This document shows positions 27,402 to 40,927 of a stretch of 64,000 nt of DNA, piece after piece. How positions within the stretch are numbered: the first letter of the stretch is position 1; every line of letters starts with the position of its first letter. Position numbers and translations under genes: made by a program. This DNA is from Octopus sinensis (Eukaryota): contig NC_043015.1 in NCBI RefSeq assembly GCF_006345805.1, positions 25,730,001 to 25,794,000 of the forward strand, given 5' to 3'. Below the pieces are notes generated by a model. That model had not been told where the DNA came from. It saw only the letters and a program-made list of their open reading frames with translations, and did no database searches.

Positions 27402-27723
27402 AGGGAGATGTACTCGCATAGCAAGTGATTTGAGCTGAGATCGTGTGCTGGAACGAAAACAATTGCAGCGTGGAAGGTGCCTGTAAGCCATTTAAGAAAC
27501 ACACAAAAGCCGTTCGATTCACTTCAACATTAAGTTTAATCCGCGACCTGTTCACTGACAAAAATCCGTGCTGCACGGATTTTTGTCAGTGAACAGGTCG
27601 CGGATTTTAGCGAATTTTAGCGACGAAAATATTTTGAAAAATTAAACTTAAATGTTGAAGTGAATCGAACGGCTTTTGTGTGTTTCGTAAATGGCTTACA
27701 AACACCTTCCACGCTGCAATTGT
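27402..27723 (+). mobile_element. (TA)n-flanked element with nested inverted repeats
   Basis: Outer arms ~27459-27540 and ~27640-27723; inner perfect hairpin ~27538-27606 with a 1-nt loop. Confidence 0.85.
27581..27640 (+). ncRNA. Hammerhead motif, G3-C8 core variant
   Basis: ttttgtca GTGAACA g GTCGC...GCGAC GAAAATATTT tgaaaa: 5-bp stem II, AATATT palindromic helix III, stem I with one mismatch. Confidence 0.65.
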
Positions 27724-27805
<82 letters not shown>

Positions 27806-27870
27806 CATAGATGCATACATACATTATATATACATACATGTATATATATATATGTATATATATATATCTA

Positions 27871-27910
<40 letters not shown>

Positions 27911-27980
27911 TATATATATATATATACATAAATATATATATATAATATATATATATTATATATATATACATACACACACA

Positions 27981-28053
<73 letters not shown>

Positions 28054-28477
28054 GTATGTATATGTATTTGTACATAACTGTACATTACAAAAGTCACTGA
28101 AAAGTCATTCATTCCAAAGTCCAAGGGCAGTAAATGCGAATAATCATGCCCCTCATACAAAGACATGTATTACATTATACACACACACACACAGACACAC
28201 ACGCTCATACATACATACATACATACATACATACATACACATACATACATACATACATACATACATACATACGTACATACATACGTATCTGCGAACAATT
28301 TTACAGATGAAGAAGCGAAAATAAAAGTAAAACTAAATACAAATAAAATATTATATAATTAGCCAATAATTAATTATAAGCATTTATATTACGTACATCG
28401 ATAGGAAAAGAGAGAACAACGGACAGAAGAACAGACAGAGAGAGAGAAGGAGAGAGAGAGAAGGAGAGAGAGAGAAG

Positions 28478-28529
<52 letters not shown>

Positions 28530-29011
28530 GAAAGGTAGAGAGAGCAGGTACTGAATAAAATTTTAAACGCTGCCACAAACTTAACAATTATTTAGCAGCG
28601 ATGTAACTGCTCACCAGAATTATTAAGCGTGTTTTTCAAGATTGCATTTCAAACGGCAATGAAATATCATTGAATTTGTCTTTTATGTTTTGTGAGAATT
28701 ATAATAGAAAACTGGCGATATATATGTTACTTTATTCTATTCTTTTTTTTGTTTTCATTCTCTTTTTCTTCCATTTTATCGTTCTTTGTTTCTTTTCTTA
28801 TTCCCATTATGATTATTGTCGCAGATATCTCGGAAGAATTTTCAAACATTCATTTGTATGTGCTGTATAATAATACCAGATCGGAAACGAGAGTAGGTTT
28901 TCAGTGTTTTGTTAGTCAATTGTGTCAATCTTTTGAAACGAAATTCATTCACAATATTGTAATTATAACAAAAGGACAAAAAATATCATTTATATAATAA
29001 AGGAATTATGG

Positions 29012-29076
<65 letters not shown>

Positions 29077-29322
29077 GCACACACACAATACACACACGCA
29101 CACATACATGCACACACACACGCACATAGTGAAACACAACTATATGCGCATTGAAATATATATGTATATATATAAAAGCATATTACTATATTTACTACTA
29201 CTACTACTACTACTACTAATACTACTACTACTACTACTACAGCTGCTATGGCTCCACTTCGAGCATATATATATATATATATATATATACATGCATATAT
29301 ATGTGTATATACATATACATGC

Positions 29323-29374
<52 letters not shown>

Positions 29375-29437
29375 CTATGCACGTATAAATGTATGTTAGT
29401 GTATATATATGTGTGTGCATATACATATATGCGTGTT

Positions 29438-29473
<36 letters not shown>

Positions 29474-30723
29474 AGTATATATATATATTTGTATGTGTGT
29501 GTGTGTGTGTGTGTGTATCAGTGAGAGAAAGAAAAGTTGTAGAGATTAGTATACGTCTCAATACACTTCTATGCTATAAAAACACAAAGATCTCTCTGCA
29601 TTATGTACAACTCACTTGAATGACGCATTCAGCTTCCAGTAACCCGAGACCTGTCTATGGCTTCTCTTTATACCAAACAATCATTTCACAAATGTTTCAA
29701 ATGTGATATTCGAATAGTGAAATGTGTCGGCATTCTATATTATTCTATACGCTGATCTAACAAATACCCACTATGTAGAATGGATGAGGATGAGGGAAAC
29801 AGATGTGTACATTTCAAACAGTTGGAAAATAATTTTGTGTCTTTTACACATTTCGCTCAACTGGTGACGTGCAGTGGCAGCGTGCGTCAAAAATGTCTTT
29901 CAAGTCTCCGATTAGCGCTGAATGTTGAAACATACCAAAGCTTCTCGATTCCTGGTGAAATATGGCATAGGCAATCACTAATCTCCCTGCACCGTCCTTG
30001 TTGTAGTTCACTTAGTGCAATGCCAGTTTGTCCAACGGGTTCAAGAAGACCGTTCTTACCTAAAAATCGGAAAATTTAGCAGCAGCTTCATCTCCACCAT
30101 TTCGTAATGTAAACCTTATAATCTTTCTCTACGGGTGAGGTGTGTACAGCTCGGAAATTCTTGTCTTCAATATGGTTTTCACTTCTATATTTAATGAAAA
30201 GAGATCGTTATGGAAGCAGCCTTACATTTAGGCTGACCTCAGGTGACCTGCTTTTATTCATTTTAAGGCTCATTTTACACATTTTGACCGGAAATAATTC
30301 AAAGAAAGCAGTCACTCGTGAAAGACAGTTAATCCTGTCTTTGAGCGAGTTGAAGATCCTTGGGTATATATATATAATACATGTCTACATGCATACAGAG
30401 AGAGAGAGAGAGAGAGAGAGGTTGAGATTTTGTCCTGGTGTTGCCTCTTCCAGTCACAGGGCATTTGGATATTCTTCCTCCGTTAGCTGGGACACATCTA
30501 GAACTAACTTCACCGAATATTCATTTGATGGAGGTTTTGAAATTAAACCTTTCGAAATACTCGCTCTTGGTCCCTATGCCTTTCTTTACAGCAATGTACT
30601 GCAATCGATGATAATGCCTGACCCCCTCCTTTTCGAAACTGCTTGAATCATCATATCGTCGCCGTCGTCAACGCAGTTGTGGTAGGCACCATCATCATCA
30701 CTATCACTATCATCATCATTACC

Positions 30724-30881
30724 AGTAGTAGTAGTAGTAGTAGTGGTGGTGGTGGTGGTAGTAGTTGTATTTCTGATTGAATCGTAGGCAGCAGAAAATC
30801 AGAGCCAAAATATTAGCAACCGCGAAAAATAAAATTTTTGAATAACACCTCAATTGAATGTCGATGTATTTTGCCAAATCC
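30724..30881 (-). repeat. Dispersed ~120-bp repeat with (TAC)n tail, copy 1
   Basis: 30761-30881 is nearly identical to 32502-32621; both abut (GTA)n. Confidence 0.85.
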
Positions 30882-31266
30882 TTGCTTGGTGCAGACAGAA
30901 ATAGGCTGGTAGTTGACTTCGACACAATATCAAACCCCACGAATGCAATGCACACAAAGAAATACCTCATTTACTGTACTCACTGTTCTTATAAACGATG
31001 TCATACATTACTCGAGCGGAAATTAAAATAAACACAAATTATATAAGGATTTTAAAAAAAAGTGATAAAAATAAAATTATGAAAATAAAATAAGATAAAT
31101 ATGAATACGAAATGAACAGCGTGCATGTTTGTTTGATTAATTTATAGTTTGTAATGTTTGTAAATCATAATTCAATGTCCTAAGAGATATGACTACCGAT
31201 CTGTTTTGCCCATTCTTTGCATGAGAAAATACTCTCTGTAAAGAAGCAAAAAAAAAAAAGGAAAAA

Positions 31267-31330
<64 letters not shown>

Positions 31331-32438
31331 GCAATAAACACAAGAAGTTTAAAAACCAGCCTGTAGATCAAAAGGAAAGCTATTATAATCAGACCATTTA
31401 CGTTGGCTTGAAACCGGTTTGTTTGGAGTTTTTGTTTTCGATAAATTAATAGCGTGCCATAATTTCACCTCTTAAATTGATTATTAATGATCGTTTTTCA
31501 GTATTTGATGTGTTTCATGTTGATATTCATTCAGAAAGATAAACTATGATTTAGTCTCCGAATGTCAGAAGCTTTAACCTAATAGTTTAATAATGTGGCT
31601 CCTTTTAAAGTGGTAATCGCAATTCTATTGAGTAGCCTAAACGTTTATGGTATGTATGTATGTATGTATGTATGTATGTATGTATGTATGTATGTATGTA
31701 TGCATGTATGTATAATGTCTGTATATATGTATGTATTAACCATATATGAATGTATGTATATATTTATGTACGTGCGTATGTATGCATGCATGTACGCATG
31801 CACGCATGCATGTATGTACGTATGTATCTATATATGTACATACGTATACATGCATGCATGTATGCTTACACACATGTATGTATGTATATTTGTATGTATG
31901 TATGTATGTATGTATGTATGTATGTATGTATGTATGTATGTATGTTTGTATGCATGTATATTTTTGTTTTTTGCTTTTCCTTTACTGGTTTCAGCCAAAG
32001 GCTTGGGCCATGCTGCAGCAGCACCGTCTCTCAATGTATTTGAGCTTCCTTTCCGTGATGTTTTTTGATGGAGTAGTGAGGTAGACTGAGCTATCTTACT
32101 TTGTGCCATCCTGTCACGTTTGTTCATCTCGTATATGAGAGAGAAATTTGTCCAAACGCCCTTCCGTGATCCACACATGTGTACCTCGCAAGTCTCTGAG
32201 AAAGTTCGATAGACTATTAAATTGTTGTGAACCTATGAAAGCCAAAATTCTACAGTGCTAAGTCCTAATTCAACAAGGAGAAGACATGATCTTTAGTATT
32301 GTGCAGCGCTGTCTACTTCGGTAGTTGGTATATCTTTCAGTTCCAAAGTTGGGATCTAGACCGTCCGAATATTCCATATGCATTTCATTGTATATTTTCA
32401 CGTCTTCTCTCTAGAGAGTAGAGCGTCAGTTTCTTTAA

Positions 32439-32446
32439 CCTCTCTC

Positions 32447-32496
<50 letters not shown>

Positions 32497-32630
32497 TGGT
32501 AGTAGTTGTATTTCTGATTGAATCGTAGGCAGCAGATAATCAGAGCCAAAATATTAGCAACCGCGAAAAATAAAATTTTGAATAACACCTCCATTGAATG
32601 TCGATGTATTTTGCCAAATCCTCTCTCAGT
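32439..32630 (-). mobile_element. Retroposed ~120-bp fragment with (TAC)n tail and target-site duplication, copy 2
   Basis: cctctctcagt at both 32439-32449 and 32620-32630. Confidence 0.75.
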
Positions 32631-32673
32631 TCCAAAATATATATATATGCATATATATATGTATGTATATATA

Positions 32674-32730
<57 letters not shown>

Positions 32731-32963
32731 GCATGTAAGTATGAATATAAGGAGGTACGTGTGTGTGTGTGTATGTGTAAGCATAGATATATGTATACTT
32801 TTACGCATGTGTGTACTTATGTGTATATATGGATGCGCGCGCGTGTGTGTGGTGTGTGTGTAGGGTACGCATGTACATGTGTATGTGCGTGTATGTGTAT
32901 ATGAGTATGTATGTATGTGTGTGCGTATATTTGTATATGTATGTATGTATATGTATGTGTGTG

Positions 32964-33011
<48 letters not shown>

Positions 33012-34151
33012 GTGTGTGTGTGTATGTGTATGTATGTATATGTATATGCGTATGTGTATGTATTTGTATGTGCATGCATGCGCGTATATATATGTACGTA
33101 TATGTATACGTGTGGGTGTGTGTATGTGTATAAATGTATGTATGTATGTATGTATACGTATGTATGTGTATGTGTGTATATGTATGTATGTGTATGTGTG
33201 TGTATATGTATATATATATATATATGTATATGTGTATATGTATGTATATGTATATATATATATATATGTATATATATATGTATGTATATATATGTGAATA
33301 TGTATATATATGTATATATATATACATGTATGTATTTGTATGTAGGTGTATATGTATGTGTGTGTATTTATATTTATTGGTGTATATGTATAGACTAGCC
33401 TTCTAAGAGTGTAGACATGAATCTGTAGGTACGCGTACGTATGTGTATATACGTGAATGTATGTAGATGTATGTATGTATGAATATAACGCGTGCGTGCG
33501 TGTATGTGTATGAGTGTGCGAATGAGTGAGTGTACGTGCTAAAGAGTGTGCGTGAGTAAATGAGTGCTTGTTTTCCAGTAGACAGATAAATGGACTGGCT
33601 GTCATAGCCAAGATGTTTGTGACCAGCGATCAAAGATAACAAAAGTAATAAATGAAGATAATAAAATTAAAATTAGGGAATGGGTCTGTATTTGTCTGTG
33701 TATATATATGTGTGTATGTGTAGGTATGCATAGGTACACATATGTATATATATATATATATATATGTATGTATATGTATGTGTGTGTATATGTGTGTGTA
33801 TGTGTAGATATGTATATGTTGTGTAAGTGTATATATATGTAATATGTGTGTGTGTACGTATGTGTGTATGGTATGTATTATGTTTGTATGTGTGTGTATA
33901 TATGTTACATATGTGCATAGGTATAAGTGAGAATCTCCTTAGTTACCTAAAACTCTATTCCCTTTTTTATATATATTTTTATATATTTTTTTATATATTT
34001 TTTTATTTATTCTTCTATCTAATTTAACACTGATCCTTGACCCCCCCCCCAAGTATGATATTTTGCGCTATGCCTACCCCCAAAAAGTCCCCCACCAACA
34101 CCCCTTTAAACCTGCCTAAATGTATAAATGCCAATACAATTCTTGTTAACT

Positions 34152-34202
34152 AGCTTCCTGAAGATTTCTCTTGAATGAAACAGTTCTAGTCCTGTAGAAG
34201 CT
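34152..34202 (+). ncRNA. Type I hammerhead motif with a conventional stem-loop III
   Basis: agcttc CTGAAGA tTTC tctt GAAt GAAACAG ttctagtc CTGTA gaagct: perfect 6-bp stem I, 4-bp stem III, GUA triplet; weak stem II; host element ~33925-34290 ends in (TA)n. Confidence 0.75.
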
Positions 34203-34289
34203 CCTTCTATATAATAAATTAATTTTACTCTACTATGTATTGAGTACCTTATTTACTGTGGTTAACCCCGAATCAACCCGGGACCTACA

Positions 34290-34335
<46 letters not shown>

Positions 34336-34794
34336 TCTGTCCTCTCTCTCTATATATATATGTAAATTGTTGTTGTGTGTGTGTATGCACTCACACACAT
34401 ATTGATATATACTTATGAATGGTATACATAGTATACACACACATATGATATAACGTTGTTTCTAAATATACCTACACGTATTCATTCACCTACAGGCATG
34501 TCTTATCAAAAGTCAACTCAGACAAATGCAGACAAATTCAGAATTGTGTTCCGCCCACGAACTCTATGTGGCTTCATTTATAAATTTTCCATATTCTAAT
34601 GAATACATTTCACATGCATAGAGTCAAACGTTCACACATTTATACGTTGTGTGTGTGTGTGTGTATGTGTGTGTGTGTCAGTGTGTGTGTGCGCGCGTAT
34701 TATGTCTGTGTGTTGGCAATGGTTTGCCTGAAACGTGTGATGAGTTACCAGTTCAGGAATAACTCTATGGCAACAATCATGGATATACTCTTGT

Positions 34795-35373
34795 TTTACT
34801 TGTTTCAGTTTCATTCACGTGACTGCAGCCATGCTGGATCACCGCCTTCAAGAGTTTTTCAGTTGAAACCGCCCCCACCATGAATTATTCCTTTGTAAGC
34901 CTAGTACTTATTCTATCTTTTGACGAACCACTTGATTACGGAGACTTAAACTCGCCAACATCAGTTGTAAAGCGATACGGTGGATGGGGAGACAAACACA
35001 GACAGAAATATATATATATATATTTAATGTACGATAAAATTTTTTCGAAAAAAATTTTTATCAATGGCCAGCATATTAAAAAATATCATAAATAACTTAT
35101 AAATAAAGGCAACCGAAAAAATTTCTAATGCCAAATATGCCGAAAATTGGACATATTGTCCATTACCATATAAGTTTTCACAATACGCACGCTATTCGAA
35201 AAAAAAGTCGACAGAAATTTCTAAAAAATTCCATTAATGGAATTTTAGAAATTTCTGTCGGCTTTTTTTCGAGTAGCGTGCGTATTGTGAAAAATTATAT
35301 GGTAATGGACAATATGTCCAATTTTCGGCATATTTGGCATTATAAATCTTTTCGTTTGCCCTTATTAATAAGT

Positions 35374-35409
<36 letters not shown>

Positions 35410-35570
35410 TATATACGACTTCTTTAAGTTCTTGTGTACCATATCCACTTACAAGGCCTTGGTGTGATCCGAGATTGTAATGGAAGATACTTACAGAAGC
35501 TTCCACGCTGTGTGACTGAAACCAGAACCATGTTGTTTGAAAGCAAGCTTCTTATCACTCAGTGACGCCT
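34795..35570 (-). mobile_element. Degenerate tRNA-SINE split by an insertion in its internal TA tract
   Basis: Tail 34795-35005 and head 35415-35570 match the 3' and 5' halves of the 61293-61701 SINE. Confidence 0.7.
35094..35374. repeat. Loopless fold-back palindrome (~140-bp arms) between (TA)n tracts
   Basis: Centre ccattaatgg at 35231-35240; arms are reverse complements with scattered mismatches. Confidence 0.9.
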
Positions 35571-35587
35571 ATACACACACACGCACG

Positions 35588-35628
<41 letters not shown>

Positions 35629-37098
35629 GCACACATACACACACACACACACGCACGCACACACACAGATATATATATATATATAAAGGGAAGTGCACAC
35701 AGTTTGCATAGTTTTGATATATTTTAAATGAAAGAGTATTATAGTTGTCAACTGGTTTCGCTTTCGCTAATCATAACATTGTAATTATTGTAATTTCGTA
35801 TTTTCTTCAGAAACTTTATTCCACGTTCTTGTATAAAAGTTTGTGAATGAACCAACATGAAGAAAAATCAGTTGATAGTTATTACTCGGGACAGGGGAGG
35901 TAATTTCTCATTTTTGGGATAGAATAAATAAAGATACAAAACTCATACGCTAAACAAGTGAGATGTAATATGTAGAGTGGTGGATGTGTGATCATGAATT
36001 AAAATATATACTGCGACCTATGTTGGTTATGCGTTCATATTTAGATGTTTTTTTTTGTATTTTTCGATAAATAAATTATCTTTATTTAAACGTTCATGTA
36101 CAGAAATGGTTTCTTTGCCCTGATAGATGGGAAAACTCTGAAATTTGGTTGGAGATTCCCTGCACATCTCTCTATGTGTTCATTCAATGGTATTTGTCAA
36201 TAGAGAATGAAAAGAAAGGTGTAGAGTTAAACGCCCCAACATAGCGGCCGATTAAGAAAAGAGGTTGAAAGAAAGGGAGATAATAATTAAAAAAAGAGGT
36301 TGAATGAAAATGAGTTGACGAGAGGGTGTGCGCGCGCGCGTGTGTATGTGAGAATGATGTGTGTGAGAGTGTAAGTGTTTATGTGTGAATAGGGGTGAAT
36401 GACGCTGACGTGTGTGGGTGGGCGTGTGTGACGTGTGAGTGTGTGTGTGTATGCTGTGTGTAGCAGTTGATTGTGCTTTTTCATGTGGTGTGTGCACGTG
36501 TCTGTTTGTGTATGTATGTGTATGCTTGTATATGTATGTGTTTGTGTTTGTGTGTGCGTGTGTGCTCACATGTTCATTACACAATGCGCTGAAATGTGTG
36601 ATACGTTACTAAAAGTTTTGGGTTCGATTGATAGTTCTAACCGCTACGTGATAAGCTCTGACGATAACTGTCCCCAAACATGCTAATGTGCGAAGCCTGA
36701 GCCACATTATAGTAATAATAAACACTTAAGACGTTATCGTTATTTCCTATTGTTTATTAAGTTATTTACCGTTATCACATAAGGCTTTTGGCTCTCTTAC
36801 GTTATAAAGTCGAATGACTTTCTCTGTATTATCAGTAAAAATTACAATCTGAAAATATGTGAATACCTTCATATATAGCAGTACAAAAATTTTGCCCCAT
36901 TTACTTGGTAAATCAGAATAAAGAATGGCAGTGTGTGAGGCAGTAGCATTGTGTGAGAGAGAAATATTAGCGGGGAGATAGGAATGCTTTAATGCCTACA
37001 CTTAACCTAGTACACATTCTTCTGGATCAACACGCACTCACACACCCTTACATCGAAACACGCACATACAAATATACATACACACACACACACACACA

Positions 37099-37145
<47 letters not shown>

Positions 37146-37381
37146 GTATGTATATGTATATATATATGGATAAATTAAGAAATGGAGTCAACTGCAGGTG
37201 TTATTCAAATCATTTATATTTTCGAAACATGTTATACCAAAACATCTCACTTAACCCTGGAATTTCTACTCTTATAAGAAGGCTGTAATATCTTTGGCAC
37301 TTATGTGAATTTTCGTTACCTTGGTAAATATGTTTATTTTTTTCCTTGTTATTTACACACACTGAGAAAAGATATGCATAC

Positions 37382-37412
<31 letters not shown>

Positions 37413-37419
<7 letters not shown>

Positions 37420-37728
37420 TTAATAAGGGTGAGAGAATTAGATACTAATTTAATAGTATATTTATTCAACACCAAGTGGCCTAGTGCTACGAGAAACCTG
37501 GATTATTATAATATTTTATAACATATTATAATATTTTTACAAAATAAATATATAAGAGGTGGTCACTATATTGCTCACTCTAGCACCAGTTAATCCAAAA
37601 GGTTTCAACCACGAAAATACATGTTTCCCATGAAAGCCAGTACGACTGCTAGCTCACACGGACAGGGCAAGTAAAAAATAACAAAAATACAGATTATTTT
37701 GGGACAATTGTTTCGCTATTAATGAATC

Positions 37729-37732
<4 letters not shown>
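37413..37732 (-). mobile_element. (TA)n-flanked element with truncated HHR (3' half)
   Basis: Minus strand 37716-37697: GC GAAACAATTGTC ccaaaa (ACAATTGT palindrome plus GUC); the 5' core is missing. Confidence 0.55.
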
Positions 37733-37787
<55 letters not shown>

Positions 37788-37854
37788 TTTTTTTTCAGAA
37801 TGAGATTTAAAAAAAACAAGGCTGTGAAGATTTTAGAACATTTACAGATAGAAG

Positions 37855-37902
37855 GTCTTACAGCTGTTTCCAGGATATTGATCATATCCCTTCATCGGAG
37901 AC
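37855..37902 (-). ncRNA. Hammerhead motif, U4C variant
   Basis: Minus strand: gtct CCGATGA a GGGATAT gatca ATATCCT g GAAACAGCTGTA agac. Confidence 0.7.
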
Positions 37903-38232
37903 GGTGTGAGAAAATGGTTAATTAGATAAGATATGAAATAGAGAGTTAAGTGAAGGAATGAAAATAGACGTGAGATATGCAGGGATATTGCATTTGTAGA
38001 TCCATTATTTAAGCAGAATGGTATATATATAAGATTCCAATACCTTGTGAGTAAACTCCAATAGTATTTTACTCAAAAAGTATTAGAATCTTATATGTAT
38101 ACCATTCTGCCTAAATAATGGATCTACAAATACATTATTCCTGCATATCTCACATATATTTCCATTCCTCCACTTCACTCTCTATTTCATATCTTATCTA
38201 AATTAATTATTGCTTAAGCATCTTCTCACACT

Positions 38233-38281
38233 GTCTCCGATGAAGGGATATGATCAATATCCTGGAAACAGCTGTAAAGCC
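38233..38281 (+). ncRNA. Hammerhead motif, U4C variant (second arm, stem I 3' strand altered)
   Basis: gtct CCGATGA agggatatgatcaatatcctg GAAACAGCTGTA aagcc. Confidence 0.65.
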
Positions 38282-40145
38282 TTCTATTTATAAATGTTCT
38301 AAAATCTTCACAGCCTTGGTTTTTTTTCATCTCATTCTGATAAAAAGTTTTTTTTATATATACTGATATATGACCTACGTTGGACTCCTTATTCGCATAA
38401 TCACCGAACCTGGAGCTTAACTATAATCTATCCGTAGCACTTACTCAGCAATTTTTGGCACCTTTGGGTTTTATTGACACCATTACCTCTCGTAACCTCC
38501 TATATATATATATATTCTATCCATACTTTCTAAAGGACACTTAGCAGGACATTAATATTTCCAGAACCATTATCAATCACTATAATCAATATTGTACCTT
38601 GTAGTAGCCAAATACACCAACAGGCATTGGCTTTGACAGTTCCTAGATTTGCAACAAACGAACCAATAATATTAGACACATGAGATACTACACTTGTCCC
38701 ATAAACGCCTTATAGATGCCATTCGAAGCCATGGGGTGTTTTGTTGACTTACGCAATGTGCTTCAATGATTTAATCTTATAGATGAGATCCTTTCATACA
38801 AACATTCGAATGCTTTGTAAGGCCTACATTAATGTTGTGCATTACTTCCATTTCATGAAAGACTCAAAATTCATGATATTGCTCTCAAATTCCAGCCTTC
38901 TCAAATCACTCTCAGTCTTGGCTTTCTTCTTTTGCTTTTACAACTTCAATGGCTTCAGATTCCCTCATCTCTTCGCCAGCTTTTATCACCCATATCGCGT
39001 ACACTCCACGCCTTTCTATTAAACACCTCATCTGAATTTTTCTGTCAAGACTGGCCTTCAAATGGAATTTTCACACTGTTCAATTTTTTCCAGGTGTCAC
39101 ATTGCAGCTGTTCGAGAGAGTTACGTACAAGGTAGACCACATTATTTCGGAGAGGCCAATCAATGCCATGGATACGGTTTGTCCTCTTTCTTAACACCAA
39201 AACATATGATCAGGTTTCCTCAACTAAACATTATCTGGGTGCCCATGAAATGTATATTATTGTGCGAATTCATTCAATACTTAAAGTTAAAAAAGAAAAA
39301 ATCTCTTTGAGACTCCTTCCATTGACAGGACACCAATCGGCTTCATCTCCTCAACCCCTGGTTAGGGCTTGTAACCATCTCAACTGAGTGGATTGAAGCA
39401 ACATAAAATTAGATGTATTGCTGGAGGATACAGCTTACCACCCTGTTCAGGAATCGAAGCAACGCCCTTATAACCTGAAGCCCATGACCGTAACATCTAG
39501 CCTGCTGAGTGATATTCATTTCTAACACTGACACAACTACACATATTTAATGTGTGGAATATAGTCAGTTTTTCACTGGTATTTTATTTTATGAACCTCT
39601 GAAAGCTAAAAGGCCAAGCTAAACTTTAGCAGAGTTTGAAAGCAGAATGCAAAGAGTCATAATTACGTAGGGCAAGGCGAGACAGTTTTGTTGGAGATTG
39701 TAATGATTCTGCCAGCCCAGTATTTGCTTGATAGTGTTTCTATTTCAACTTTATTACATCTGAGCTTCATTGTTGTCTCTGTCACATGTTGGTCTAATTA
39801 GTCGTTCTATGTGAGTCAACCTATAAATATCAAACATTTGTCGTCCATTAATGTGGAGTCGGCAATTACTTCGTCACAATGATTACGCAATCCATCACAG
39901 AGCGAATTAATTGCTCGTAGGGGAAATTAATTTCGTTAATCCTCTATTAGAATACATAATATAAGAATACATCATTCATTAATCCTCTATAAGAACAATT
40001 AATCGTATACATATTTAAATCACGCTCTGTTGATGTAGTAGAATGCTTAATTACTGACACAAGTGAGCGTGTTTGAGTGTGTGTGTGTGCGTGTAATTTA
40101 GTAGGTACAAACATACATAATCGCATATATATGTGCATATTTTAC

Positions 40146-40176
<31 letters not shown>

Positions 40177-40404
40177 CATATATGCATACACTCAGATATA
40201 TTACACATATATATATATATATATACACATATATACATACATACATATATATATATATACTACATGATGAATTTATTCGTAAAATTCTTCCCGGCATGCC
40301 CGCGTAAATTTTGCGTCTGCGCAGAGATTTGAAAAGTTAAGATCTGCTAGTAGTCGGGTTTAACGTATAGCCCCACATCGCTGCAGACCTCGATTAAATT
40401 CAGG

Positions 40405-40482
40405 CAACTCGCTGATGAAGCTGGCCTTAGCAAACATATTCTGTGTTTTGCTAGAAAGAAGCAGAAACCGCGGTACGAGTTG
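40405..40482 (+). ncRNA. Type I hammerhead ribozyme, copy 1 (predicted cut after 40475)
   Basis: caactcg CTGATGA aGCT...TAGCAAAC..GTTTTGCTA...AGCa GAAACCGCGGTA cgagttg: perfect 7-bp stem I, ACCGCGGT palindrome, GUA triplet. Confidence 0.85.
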
Positions 40483-40849
40483 TTAAAGTTATCGGTAAAC
40501 GTTTTTGATTTTCACTCTCGATAAATTCATCCCCTTTTTGTGTTCCCAGCACTCGGCATCTTTATTTAGGAGCCCTTAATTGTATAACTACATGAATAAT
40601 ATTTTTCTATATGAATAATATTTTTGTCTTATGACTAATTCGTCTTTTGTGCTGGGCACCTGGTAGTAAATAATATTACTACCCTTCTTGTTTATATTCG
40701 CATACTACATGATGAATTTATTCGTAAAATTCTTCCCGGCATGCCCGCGTAAATTTTGCGTCTGCGCAGAGATTTGAAAAGTTAAGATCTGCTAGTAGTC
40801 GGGTTTAACGTATAGCCCCACATCGCTGCAGACCTCGATTAAATTCAGG

Positions 40850-40927
40850 CAACTCGCTGATGAAGCTGGCCTTAGCAAACATATTCTGTGTTTTGCTAGA
40901 AAGAAGCAGAAACCGCGGTACGAGTTG
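40850..40927 (+). ncRNA. Type I hammerhead ribozyme, copy 2 (predicted cut after 40920)
   Basis: Same sequence as 40405-40482. Confidence 0.85.

Larger units (their letters stand above)
37783..38500 (+). mobile_element. (TA)n-flanked PLE-derived element, ~280-bp inverted arms plus unique tail
   Basis: ~37783-38058 is the reverse complement of ~38064-38360; same family as 52876-53170. Confidence 0.85.

Noticed and set aside
38580-39110. Possible minus-strand RLE LINE remnant
   Set aside because: Only vague motif resemblance across several frameshifts; needs BLASTX to support
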